Made by a program: the position numbers and the translations under genes. Under the pieces are notes generated by a model. The model saw only the letters and a list, made by a program, of their open reading frames with translations, ran no database searches and was not told where the DNA came from. A stretch of 63,517 bases of DNA, counting the filler, from Sphacelaria rigidula (taxonomy: Eukaryota): the NCBI GenBank assembly GCA_964200075.2. It is 9 parts of 9 records of this genome, joined end to end, with 100 filler letters (N's around TTAATTAATTAA, not from the genome) between each part and the next. Parts side by side here need not be neighbours in the genome. Positions count along the whole stretch, not along the records: positions 21,208 to 28,176 come from CAXNAA020017151.1; positions 28,277 to 35,245 come from CAXNAA020017152.1; 7 more parts are not named here. The stretch is one strand, 5' to 3'. This document shows positions 22,273 to 33,229 of this stretch, in pieces. Positions within the stretch are counted from its first letter, which is position 1, and each line of letters starts with the position of its first letter.

Positions 22273-24726
22273 CTGCCGTTCGCAGCATTCCACATAGATA
22301 AATCGAAATACACGATATGAAGTACTAGGGCCCGTCTGATACGATCCATCACGACTTTCACAAGAGCTTCACAAGTCGTGCGGAAAGGACGATTCTTATT
22401 TTCAAACGATAACATGGAGAGTAAACGAAGACTCACTGACAGACCTTGGACACGCTTTTTACTTGGTCATTGATTTTTTCCATTTGGCCGTACGCTCCAG
22501 TACGCCGTCAAAATACAGCAACGCGGACCGCATACAACCTCAAATGTACACATCAAGCTCTTTCATACGCACAGTAACTTCGACGAGAGCCCGTGATCGC
22601 TGACGAAAGCGAGAGCTTGCTTGGCTGAAATCCATCAAGCAGTGGAGGGCGAGTGGGGGTGCCGGTGCAACGGTACTCTTGAAAAATGCAGCTGCCTTCT
22701 CTTCGGAGGTGGAACGACATGTCGGACAAGGAACCAACCGTTCGATCACTTCTGGACTGATTCAACTCAGCACATATTAACGTTGCTCATTTGATCAAGA
22801 GCTACAACGCAAACTACATATTTTTGTACTGCAGTGATCATCTTGTCGCTACGGCAAGTGGTTCGGCGTCACGATTGCGCAAGGCTCTATCTCGGCGCCA
22901 TTTTTACTCATATTCCTGCAGAGACCTCATCCCCAACACTTCGAAGTACTTTTGTTCCATCACGTGTGGAAGACGCTGGCGTGAATCCACGCGTTTGATG
23001 ATAATGTTCAGGATATCCTCGAGCATGTTTGTACCAGAGAATAGTGGTGGGTTCCGATATTATAAACAAAATACAGTACACGGGACCCAGAACGAAGCGA
23101 AAAAACGCCGCACGAGTATAAAAGGGTGAAACGATTGCGAACTGGGCATATGAACATGTGCCGACCCGAAGCTGGTGAAAACGCAAAGAAACACAGGTGA
23201 TTTATGCCACTTTACGTAACGACCGATGGTTGAGAACACTTCAAGCTACCACCAAAGCCGTAGCAGGAAATTCCGCTCCTCCCCATGCAGCCGCCACTGC
23301 ACTTGGACTTGATTGATGAAAGCTCGGCGGATTCTATCTGAGCTTCAAGAGTTTGCAGTGACAATAACCAATTCCAAAAATGATCGGTACGCAGCCACCG
23401 TAGTTCGTGTTGGGCGCAAACTTGTTTGGTATATTGAACAGATCTGTAAGTGAGAAAAATGCCAAAAGGTCCGCTAGCGTGCTCACCTTCTGGTCATTTT
23501 CTAATTTCTGTTTATTTGACGTGAGATCTCCAACTTTTGGGTCAGGCGGAGGACGAGGTGTTGAGCCTAGGCCCACGACCATGTTTCTTACTAGCGAATC
23601 GATTTTGTACGCGGCCCCGTGGTTGGGTAGCGGCGAGACGACACAAAACCCGCCCTGGTGATAGCCGCGGTCTGCGAAAAAAACGACCCGTTGCAGGCGG
23701 GGGTCCGCCAGAAGGCTGGTGGTGACGAACAACAGCAGAACCTGTCTGGGTTGCTGGAAAAGGAGGAAGCTACAAGCACCGCTTCGGTTACCCCACAGTC
23801 GTAGGAGCTGCCTTTTTGCGCCCCCACCATTGTACCGTATGTGGCATTTATCAGCCTCCAACGGGTCCTGGAGCACCCTCTTGTAGATCAAAATACGCGA
23901 ACCGTTTTCTTCACTTATGAATCAGCCTGGTGGAGGTATAGGTTGCTTGTTTTGCCTTCCCTGTTATTTCGTTTTGACTATACTATACTACTGTGCGTTG
24001 CCGACCCAAGACTGCTTTTCCATGATAGCCACGCTGGAACGAGCTTTTGGGACTACGCTGTATTGTACTGTATCAAGGAGAACTTACTTTGTTTGTTACA
24101 TGTACCACAGGGCTAGACAGTTCGGTACGGGACAGCACAGTATCATACAACGCAAATCCCGAAGCCGCCCAGTAGAAATTATCATCATTCTTCTTTTTCC
24201 TCGTATTATTGCCGCACACTAATCCGATCTCTCGGACCCGTGATCACAGACGTAGGCTCGTCTTTCCAATTCCGTCCCTGCTATTCTTACAAGATATTAT
24301 GTCCTCGTCATTTTTTTCCGAGACTTCAGCCTCAGTACAATAACAAACGCAATCAACTAAAATATTACCAGCATGAAAATAAAAAAGAGAGACGCCAAGA
24401 AAACATGAGAAGTACGAAGCTTCGACGACTTCAACGGGATAAATATAAGAAAAAGTCATTTAGATCTGCTAAGAAAAGCACACCGGAAGAAAAGGGGAAA
24501 ACAAAAAAAGACAATATAAAGGAAAGGCAGATGACATAACGGGATGAACATGGCCACCGCGCGAGGGTCAGCTCAACAACAACCCTAGCAACATGGTAGA
24601 CAACCACCACAGATGTTCGGAAAGACCGCACATGTACCAGCGAGTGTACTACCCGATGGACTGCTGATTACTTTTCGCACAATGAAATAATGGAATTCAA
24701 GACGGTCCGCTTTTGACGAAAATTTT

Positions 24727-25238
24727 CAAGCTTGTGTTCTGTATACCCGGGGAATTTTGCCGGTTATGTACCGTACCCGACAGTTCTGTAATCTCTGTAA
24801 GACTCCCGCTCGTTACCGGGGGGCACGGGTACGCCCTTGATAAGATACCTGATTGCGGGTACGGTTTTCTGTGCAACCTCCATACCCTACCCGACAGTTT
24901 CTGTGAGTTTTGTAAGCCGAACATACCCTCACCCGACAGTTCTGCGAGTTCTGTACAAAATGTTTACCCGTACACGGGGCGCGGGTATGGTCTTCAAGAA
25001 ATACCTGATTGTCGGTACCGGTTTTCTGTAAGCCTCCCATGCCGTACCTGACACGTTCTGTAATTTCTGGAAGACTTTCATCAAGTACCGGTACCTGACA
25101 GTTCTGTAGGCTCTATTAGCCTTCCATACCCCTACCCGGAGTTAGGGTACACCTTTATAGATATACCTGATTGCAGGTATGAACACAGGTATACACCTTG
25201 GGGAGGTGCGGTTATAGGTTCAATCCAAACACAACCTC
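24727..25238. mobile_element. Intronic non-autonomous TIR element with TACCCGACAGTTCTG subrepeats, copy 1
   Basis: Many copies of (g)tacccgacagttctgt; collinear with 25785-26319. Confidence 0.75.
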
Positions 25239-25784
25239 ATGACCTGAACACGTACCTCCCATCGATCAACCCACCCAACCCATTCATTCAAAACTGCACA
25301 CCAACAATGATTCAATATCGAAAAGTTCTTTAGTTTGGGAAGGGATACGAGGTACCGATGAGTGGAAATACGAAACATGCAGCCCTACAGACCGTCAGGA
25401 TGGATCACCCCTGGACTCGAGTGATGGCTCGAGCGGGGGTGGTTCATCTGCGCCACCAGAGGATCAAGTAGCAAGCGCACGTCATCGACATGTACAGCGC
25501 AGAGTTTAAGCTGCCACCGAAAGTCGTCAAGGCCGTCGGCGATTTTGTCGCGTGTCAAAGGGCTTCCAGAGCACGGGTAGCCGTGAATACTCCTTCATGT
25601 ATTCTCTGAGAGTGTACGTGAAACCGACATATGTTGACAATCCCGTGTACATGTACTACTGCGATTGTTTGTGTAATTTTTATCCATCAACCCCGTGAAG
25701 CCGTTCAGAGTTTTCGTGAACTGTCATGTGTATTTCGCCACTGTTGAAGTGGCGTAGGTCCCACCAGAGGGGTGGTGATAATAC

Positions 25785-26319
25785 TAAGGTCGTGTTATGT
25801 AGGGTACGGTTTACTGTACACCCAGGTGATTTTGCCGAGTATTTACCGTACCCGACAGTTCTGTCATCTCTGTAAGATTTCATAGCGATACCCGACAGTT
25901 CTGCGATCTCTGTGAGACCTTCATACCGGTACCCGGTAGTTCTGTGAGTTCTGTAAGCCTCCCATACCGTTACCGGGGGGCACGGGTATGTTCTTGATAA
26001 GACACCCGGTTGCGGGTACGGTTTCTGTGCAACCTCCATTCCGAACCCGACAGTTTTTGTGGTTTCTGCAAGCCTCCCATACCGTACCCGACAGTTCTGT
26101 GAGTTCTGTACGAAAACTTTACCCAAACCCGAGGGGCGGGTGTGTCCCAAAAGAGTTACCCGATTGCCGGTACCGGTTTTCTGTAAGCCTCCCGTACCGT
26201 ACCCCACAAGTTCTGCAAAAGCTGTAAAAGTTTCATACCGGTACCCGACAGTTCTGTAAGTTCTGTAAGGAATGTCGAACCCTACAGAACGTACCCGTAC
26301 CTTACAGAACACAACCTTA
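25785..26319. mobile_element. Intronic non-autonomous TIR element with TACCCGACAGTTCTG subrepeats, copy 2
   Basis: 25-bp TIRs taaggtcgtgttatgtagggtacgg / ccgtaccttacagaacacaacctta with internal subrepeats of about 40 bp. Confidence 0.8.
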
Positions 26320-26851
26320 TTAGTATTTTATTTTTAGTCCTCGAGGGAGGAACCACATGAACGGAACCAAACGCGAAGAGTTGGCGTCTGCTGTTGCCCT
26401 ACTAGCAAATGCGTGGATAGAAGACACCATGAAGCTAGATGATCATGCGGTCCTTGGCCGCTGCGTGTGGTAGTGTCACCAAAAAAGCCTCCCAGAGACG
26501 AGCACACACAGCAGAGCTCGGCACAAAGCCTCGACTCGTGACATAAGACTATTAATAAAAAGTGCGTACAGTACGATACAGAGAGCAGTACACCCATATC
26601 TTGCGGGATTTTCAACACCAACAAGGACCACTTTCTTTGCGTGGTGACATTCCACCAGATCTGAGTCTGTCAGTCGACGACAGCTCTGTGCCGCAACGGT
26701 GTACAGCATACAGCACTAGAGCGCAAGAAGTAGCTACAGCAGAGGAGGTAGTATCATGGACAGAGCAGCATTGCGCAGACAGACGGTAACGTCGCCACGC
26801 ACGAGCAGGCACTGAACAACCGGTTTTTGATGGACGCTCTGCACAACTCAC

Positions 26852-26947
26852 CTCGCGAGTCGCGGCACCCGCAGATGCCAATGTATTGGGCGCTAGGAAT
26901 CCATGAGCAGATGAAAGAGAAGCTACGAGCGCGAGAAAGCGAAGCAT
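26852..26947 (-). CDS. PsbP-domain protein, exon 1 (signal peptide + plastid transit start)
   Basis: MLRFLALVASLSSAHG-FLAPNTLASAGAATRE followed by a GTGAGT donor; ASAFAP-type cleavage motif. It joins exon 2 in phase 0 across a 4.58-kb intron (the join is inferred). Confidence 0.75.
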
Positions 26948-27182
26948 GACAACAAGAGAACAACAGAGAGTTTAGTGGGACGTGGTGCTCAGAGTGTCCT
27001 CTGAGATGAGCATGTTTGGGAAATGACATGATATGAATGACATTAGAGGACTGGTGGGCGCGCAGCCGCACCCATCGTTACTACACTACTGCATCGAAGG
27101 TGCCATCCCGACAACAGCCCCCTCCCAATCTTGCTACCTGACTTACAACGTGTAATCGAGATCAAGGCCGCTGCAAGGAACT
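26948..27182. promoter_or_regulatory. Putative bidirectional promoter region
   Basis: 235 bp between divergent ATGs of two plastid-targeted genes. No specific motif was identified. Confidence 0.55.
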
Positions 27183-27293
27183 ATGAACATGATGAGGAGG
27201 GTAGGATGTGTTGCGCTGGCCGTGGCCACCAAATCAGCGACAGGATTCGTCGCGCCCGCGCAAGGAATCATGCGATCCGCCGAGGTGACTCAG
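27183..27293 (+). CDS. Peroxiredoxin Q (BCP/PrxQ), plastid-targeted, exon 1
   Basis: MNMMRRVGCVALAVATKSATG-FVAPAQGIMRSAEVTQ with an ASAFAP-type motif. Phase-0 donors are possible after 27284 or 27293. Confidence 0.7.
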
Positions 27294-27887
27294 GTACAGT
27301 GTACACCTACTGCTGTAATGACACGATCACAGGACACATGCCACCTCGAAGGTTTAGTCCATATGACTAGCTTTCTTACCAGGGCCCATTGGCGATGATA
27401 ATCCACGTATGTATGCTACCTCTGCCGCTCGGCGCTGGGTGCATCGGATAGAGCATGAAGAACATGAATGCCAGCCTCTTGACAAGTAGCGTCTGCTGAC
27501 GGTCAGATGCAGCACCCAGGTTCTACTGCACTATTATTTGGCGACTGTTGTCCGTGTCGTACTATCCTATGCAACTGTCCTGTTGTCTGTAGTGGTGGAC
27601 AACTGTCGCATTGTAGGTCAACTATCCCTCACACCCCACCCTGACTTTGTACTGTGCCGCTGTACTACTTGTTTGGTCGTTCCCGTCTTGCCGTATCAAC
27701 TTGGCTGTGGAGTATTCACTCACAGTCGGTGATGTGTGCTTGTGCCAGATTTCAACAAGTTTCATCTTTGGTCGGAAGCCTCACAACTGCGCCGTGTGAG
27801 GCACCACATCTGTGTCATGTTCTTTGCATTCTGGCCTGCTGACGCGTGTCATGTGCGTTCACTGTCTGCATTGTTGCGTGCTTGTAG

Positions 27888-28013
27888 CGGGGCATAAGCT
27901 CATCGGCTTTGCGAATGGTATCCGTTGGTCAAGCGCCGCCGGACTTCAAGCTAATGGACCAAAACAACAAAATGGTGTCCCTCAGCAGCTTCAAGAACAA
28001 GAAGAGTGTCGTG
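27888..28013 (+). CDS. PRXQ: Peroxiredoxin Q (BCP/PrxQ), exon 2 (gene continues off contig)
   Basis: AG/GT-bounded 126-bp exon RGISSSALRMVSVGQAPPDFKLMDQNNKMVSLSSFKNKKSVV, matching the AhpC/TSA N-terminus (G..PPDF.L.DQ..K.VSLS.FK). The catalytic Cys exon is not in the window. Confidence 0.85.
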
Positions 28014-29456
28014 GTACGTGACGTACAGTAGTCAGCGTCAAAAGTATGCGGAATCCGTAATTTGTTAGTTTCCCAAAGATTGTCCAAATTTGCTTTACTT
28101 GCCACTGCTCATCATGGTGACTGTTGGATGCAAAAAAATGGGCATCCGGAGATATTTGAATCCCCTTGACAAATGTNNNNNNNNNNNNNNNNNNNNNNNN
28201 NNNNNNNNNNNNNNNNNNNNTTAATTAATTAANNNNNNNNNNNNNNNNNNNNNNNNNNNNNNNNNNNNNNNNNNNNATGTCAACATTCTAGCATCTATCT
28301 GCTCGTTGCCTGAACTGTGAATCAACGTCGTTGCAGTCTCACCGTTATGCCTGAAACAAGAGCAAGCTCACAGCACGTAGGAAAGTCCAACGCAGAACAG
28401 TACACAACGAACGTCGCGATATCTTGATCACCACTTCAGGTCGATTCGATTATTTTTCCACTTGGTGGAATTTACCTCAGCACTCAAAAGAGAGTGAATC
28501 CCAGGGTGCCGGCTGGATCGATTCTTGTGAAGAACCGGATCCAACCAGTTGTAAAGAGGCATGTTTATGTATGCCGATCAGCCCTCCGGGCATGGTGTCG
28601 TTTTGAAACCGACGGCCCATCATAGTACTATCTCCATCATGCCACGCTGCGATCCGTAACACTAGCGCGTATGGTACCAGTGCGTCAAGATCCAAACGAG
28701 ATATAGATACACCTAGGATTTGCTCGAAAACAAGAGTTCGACAACGAGATCACCAGGGTTGATCAATGATGGCGGAGGTAGAGGTCCGTTCGCCGTCGTT
28801 GGATTGGTATGCATGACTTGAATAGCGGCTTGAGTCATGGCTTTCCTTTGATTGTATAATGATATGATGGCAAGTTGAAGCGTTGAAGCTTCGGCGGCGG
28901 GGAGGCATGCGATCGATGCATACGTTTTTTACGGTGTTGCAGAAGCAAGAGGCCAGGTGCGTTTTAGACGTGTTGTGTGCTTATTTCCTTCTGGCGTGAG
29001 GATGGTGTATCATTTGGCTGTTGCACTCCGTTACGCAGGTGTTGAATGTACAAAGAGTGCATCTTGTATGTTGAGAAGTACCTTGTCTCGGATGAGGGGG
29101 ACGATGAGTCGCAAGTGCTCTGGAATTTAACGTTCGCTGACATTTCCGGTTTCGTGCCGATGAAGAGTCAAGAGACTTGTTCTAGGCAAAGATTTGAGAA
29201 TTCGGTGCTAGCTATCGCTTTGTAACTCGTAGTGGTGCGAGTAGCATGATAGCATGTTCATAATGGACGATATTTTCTTGGAATGTCTCGCGAGTTGTTC
29301 GGAAGTGGGGCAAGCTTGTATGGAGTTTTTGTCGAAAGCAGCGGAAGAGATTGCTATTTTTCGCGGAAAACGACGGTACTATCAGGCACCAAGGATGTCT
29401 GAGTTTTTCAAGCCCTGATGTAACTACTTGTTTGTAGTAGAGAACTTTGGGGGTGC

Positions 29457-29716
29457 TGTAGACTGTAGCCACCATTTTTACCTAAGGTTGGGGACATTGT
29501 ATAGGAGGAGTTGCGGGTCTGATTGTGGGACTCTGTGATGGGTGATCACCATGACGAGTAGCGCCGATTTTGCCACTCCGGTGGAGAGAGGCTCTGGTCC
29601 TATTCTCCTGTACTATGCTGAGGGTCAATATAGAAATTACTAAAGCTGCTGAAGCCCATGTCCCGTGATGGGAGGAGACCACATGGCGATCTGATCTTGA
29701 GTGACAGAAGTCTATA
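29457..29716 (+). repeat. LTR-like 260-bp repeat, left copy
   Basis: Begins TGTAGAC and ends GTCTATA; preceded by a PPT-like G-run (actttgggggtgc). It is an inverted copy of 30762-31022. Confidence 0.75.
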
Positions 29717-30288
29717 AATAGCAGCAGCATCTAAATCAATGCTTACCGTGGTACCGTCGGCTGACGCGCTCTCATGCCTACCCGCTTTGACAGACACGTG
29801 CTGTGTCTCCTTCCCGCTCTGCACATTGCAAACATCTGCCCTGTATCGTTGCTTGAAACGCGCCCTACCGACTGCACGTTCAGCGGGTGCACTATCGTGC
29901 CTGTCCCCTCGGGCAGACACATGCTTTTCGCCTTCACAGTGCCATGCACCCCATTCGACGATGCATGCTTGCGCAACGCGAAAAGCAACTCCTCGTTCTC
30001 AACATCATGAGCATGATTCACGAATCTGTCACGCAAACATTTCACAAAATGTTTCGGCATGAGGTCAGAAACTGCTGCCACTTCAAAGAGGTTTGTCCAC
30101 CGCGCGTTCGCCTGGTCTACCTCTCGCAAATATTGCTCGTATTTGCGTAGAACCTCGGCCGATTTCTCGCTCGAGAACTCGCGGCCGTAGTACGGCACCT
30201 CCAGCGCCAGTACAGGATTAACACGACCATCGACGATGATAAATTCCTGCGCCTCATCCATTTCGGTCAGCAATACAGCACTCCGCAC
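29717..30288 (-). pseudogene. Gag-like ORF, 5' half (inverted segment)
   Basis: MDEAQEFIIVDGRVNPVLALEVPYYGREFSSEKSAEVLRKYEQYLREV...LLFALRKHA is homologous to 34290-34985. It is frameshifted and ends at SIDLDAAAI next to the left repeat. Confidence 0.65.
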
Positions 30289-30761
30289 CGCCTTTTTGAA
30301 AAACGAAGTCGCCTCCCACTCACAGGAACAACAACTCTCTCCTTACACTGAGACGGGCTTGGCCACCAAACGACAATGACCACAGCGCCTCTTCCTCACG
30401 AAGGTCTCACAACGTGTATAAGTCCTTGGACTCCTCTTCTTGGCCGTATCTGGCCAAGAGTTGACCAGACAACCCTCGCTGGCTTCACAAGGCAGTAATT
30501 GCGCCGCTTTTCTGGAACGTGCACGGGCTCGCCAGCTGTCGATCAACCCTCCGCACCTCACGCACGAGCGATGCCACAGCCTGCCGTAGCACTGCCTCAG
30601 AACCTCCTCGGCTCTACTTCTCCAACTCCTCGCGACGTTGACCCGCCTTGAGCTGGTCTTCTTTGCTGCAGACTGATCAAGCCTGCAGACTTCCGTATCT
30701 TGATGTGTCAGCTGCTTTTCAGCGGATCTACCGCCAGTCAGCGGACTCAATGAACGTTCAT

Positions 30762-31022
30762 TATAGACTTCCGTCACTCAAGATCAAATCGCCATGTGGA
30801 CTCCTCCCATCACGGGCACATGCACTTCAGCAGCTTTAGTTATTCATGTATCAAACCTCAACATATTACAGGAGAATAGGACCATAGCCTCTCTCCACCA
30901 GAGTAGCAAAGCCGACTCAACACGTTATTGAGGTCACCCATCACAGAGTCCGGCAATCAGACCCGCAACTCCACCTATACAATGTCCCTAACCTTAGGTA
31001 ACAATGGTGGCTAGAGTCTACA
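30762..31022 (-). repeat. LTR-like 261-bp repeat, right copy (inverted)
   Basis: Reverse complement of 29457-29716, collinear along its length with scattered substitutions. Confidence 0.75.
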
Positions 31023-31770
31023 CGCTGCTGTTGGAAGCGCGAAGCCAATTTGCTCCGATGAGCTAGCGCTGACAGGCAAAGGCCCTGGTTGCTTGTTGCC
31101 GCCGGACCAGCGCGTGATTGGGGACACACCTTGCATGCTCACCGCTGCAACGGGGTGTTGTCTTCGTGATGACAGTGAGCACAGCAAGCTTGGCGCTTGC
31201 GATGCTCAGGGCGAGTCTATCTGCTTCAGTGATTCGGCGGGAGATCGTTCAGATGACTCGCAGGGGTGTCTGCTTGACGGACAGGTAGGTGGATGCCGGG
31301 TTGGCAGAACTGCCGCCGGACCAGCGCGTAGCTGTGGACACGCCTTGCATGATCGAAACAACGGGGGCGTGTGACCCGCGTAAAGCGGATACGCAGAGCG
31401 AGCTGCAAGCCCGTGATGCTGTTAGCGATCACAGTTCTGACGGTGACGACGAGCGTCGCGTGGCGTTGGGGTGGTAGTCCGCACTTCTGTTTACATGGAC
31501 AGCTTTGGCGTATTTGGCGGCGATGGCGGAGGTGTCTCCACTGTTACGCCGCGGGGTGTTTGAGGGGGATGGCGTACCGCCATCAGGAGGTGCTGCTGTT
31601 CGGGACTGTGTAGATGTTCCTGTTTCGCCTCTGGATAGACTGACTCTAGCACAGGTGTTCAGTACTGCCCAAGTATCTGTGGAGGCAGATGGTCTGTCGC
31701 ATTGGTTTGGCGGTGCGGATATACTGACGGAACAGAGCGAGCATTTGTAGGCGAGTGCTGCATGGTTATC
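31023..31770 (+). pseudogene. Gag-like ORF, 3' continuation
   Basis: AAVGSAKP...CLLPPDQRVIGDTPCML...DRSDDSQGCLLDGQV is homologous to the minus strand of about 33420-34170. Confidence 0.65.
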
Positions 31771-32030
31771 CGCCTGCTCGCGTCGAGCCCTTGAAGGTGA
31801 AATTCACACCTGTTGCTGTGGAGGCAAAGGCTGAGTTCAGGAGGTGTCTATAGGCAGCAACAAACGACAGCACAGCCTCAAGGCAAAAACCCAAAAACCA
31901 CAAGTAGCAACGGCACACCGACGCAGCGAAATGCACACAGCAGAATTGCTGCACAGCCCCCGCAGCTGCCTGAAGCCGATGCCCTGAAACGCCCCGAAGT
32001 AATTGCAGCGCCTTCCGATGAATTTGTTCG

Positions 32031-32291
32031 GATGAGCTCGTGTATGTTCTCGTGCGACCGTAGTTGCCATTCACTCAATCATTTCGGCTAGGTCATGTAG
32101 GTTTGCTTTAAAGGTCAGCAGCGTTCGTAGGGCGCGACGCGTTCGTTGAACTCGTCCGAAGTAGCTCGTGCATGTTCTCGTGCGACCCTATATATTTGCC
32201 ATTCATTCAATCCTTTCGGCTAAGTCATATAACTTTGCTTTGAAGATCAATAGCGTTCGTTGGTCGCGACGCGTTCGATGAACCCGTTCGC
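32031..32291. repeat. Two tandem units of about 130 bp
   Basis: agctcgtg.atgttctcgtgcgacc...gcgacgcgttcg.tgaac is repeated at about 32031 and 32161. Confidence 0.8.
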
Positions 32292-33229
32292 TTGGATCTT
32301 CGACCGTCATATCCCATCCGTGCATCAGCCAAAATGTAGAAAAAATGAATTCCTCGACACTCTTACAGCCCACCTGCACCAGTTCTTCGAACAAATGGAT
32401 GCATCATCCACATGCTCCTTCTGACATGAACGAAAAACCAACCACGTGCTCGTTCAAACACGTGACAATCCATACAAAAACGTGCCACGGTCAAAGATCA
32501 TTGGTGCATGCGCGCATAATGTCCTTATCTTCAACCACCGGAAGCACTCGCGTCATACCTGCTCACATACGACGAGCCTACGCATTTCGTTACTTTCAGC
32601 TCATTTTAACTTTCAGCTCATTTTTACGCTAGCAGCAGGTGTCACCGTCTCCTACAGTCAGTACGAGCCTACGCATTTCGTAGTTTTTGCTCAATTACAC
32701 ACTAACAGCAGCAATCCATGTATCCTGCAGTCAGTACGTGCAAACCGCACAACTATGATTCGACTGTGTTCCTGCGCGAACAAGATTATACGAGCTTCAC
32801 TTCATTTAGCATACAGCAGTATATTGAAAACTGCCCCACTCCAAGGTTGTCACCAGATACCAATCATATCAGTGTGTGTTGTGCTGATCTGGTTGGCACG
32901 GCCAAAATTTCACTTGGCATATGAAAATCCGCACATGCATGCCAATACTTCACTCAGCATATGCAATGCGACCTCCCTCGCAGCAAACACCATGCATCGT
33001 CGGTGCCAACCAGATCAGCACAACACACACATGCCAAATATCCACGTGTACGCCGGAGTCCTACCCTGCACACGCGATACGATCGTACTCGCTCAACAAC
33101 CATGTTTCATGCACAAGCATGACCATAGACTAACTACACAATAACAAGCCGCAATCATTCTCAAAACGATTCGCGAATACCAGTCATAATGTGTTTCCTC
33201 ATTCTCAATAAGCACTCAATCACCTCAGC

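Noticed and set aside
24727-26319. CRISPR-like array and the 210-aa ORF at 25680-26312
   Set aside because: The repeats are degenerate, the intervening sequences are related to each other, TIRs bound the unit, and there are no cas genes in this eukaryotic context. The ORF is repeat-derived.
29457-31022. DIRS-type element or DNA transposon with long TIRs
   Set aside because: No tyrosine recombinase or transposase and no outer TSD. The enclosed ORF continues outside the right repeat, which points to rearrangement rather than element boundaries.
32446-33144. 232-aa plus-strand ORF
   Set aside because: No recognisable motif. It lies antisense to a retroelement's TG-rich 3' region and contains local duplications.
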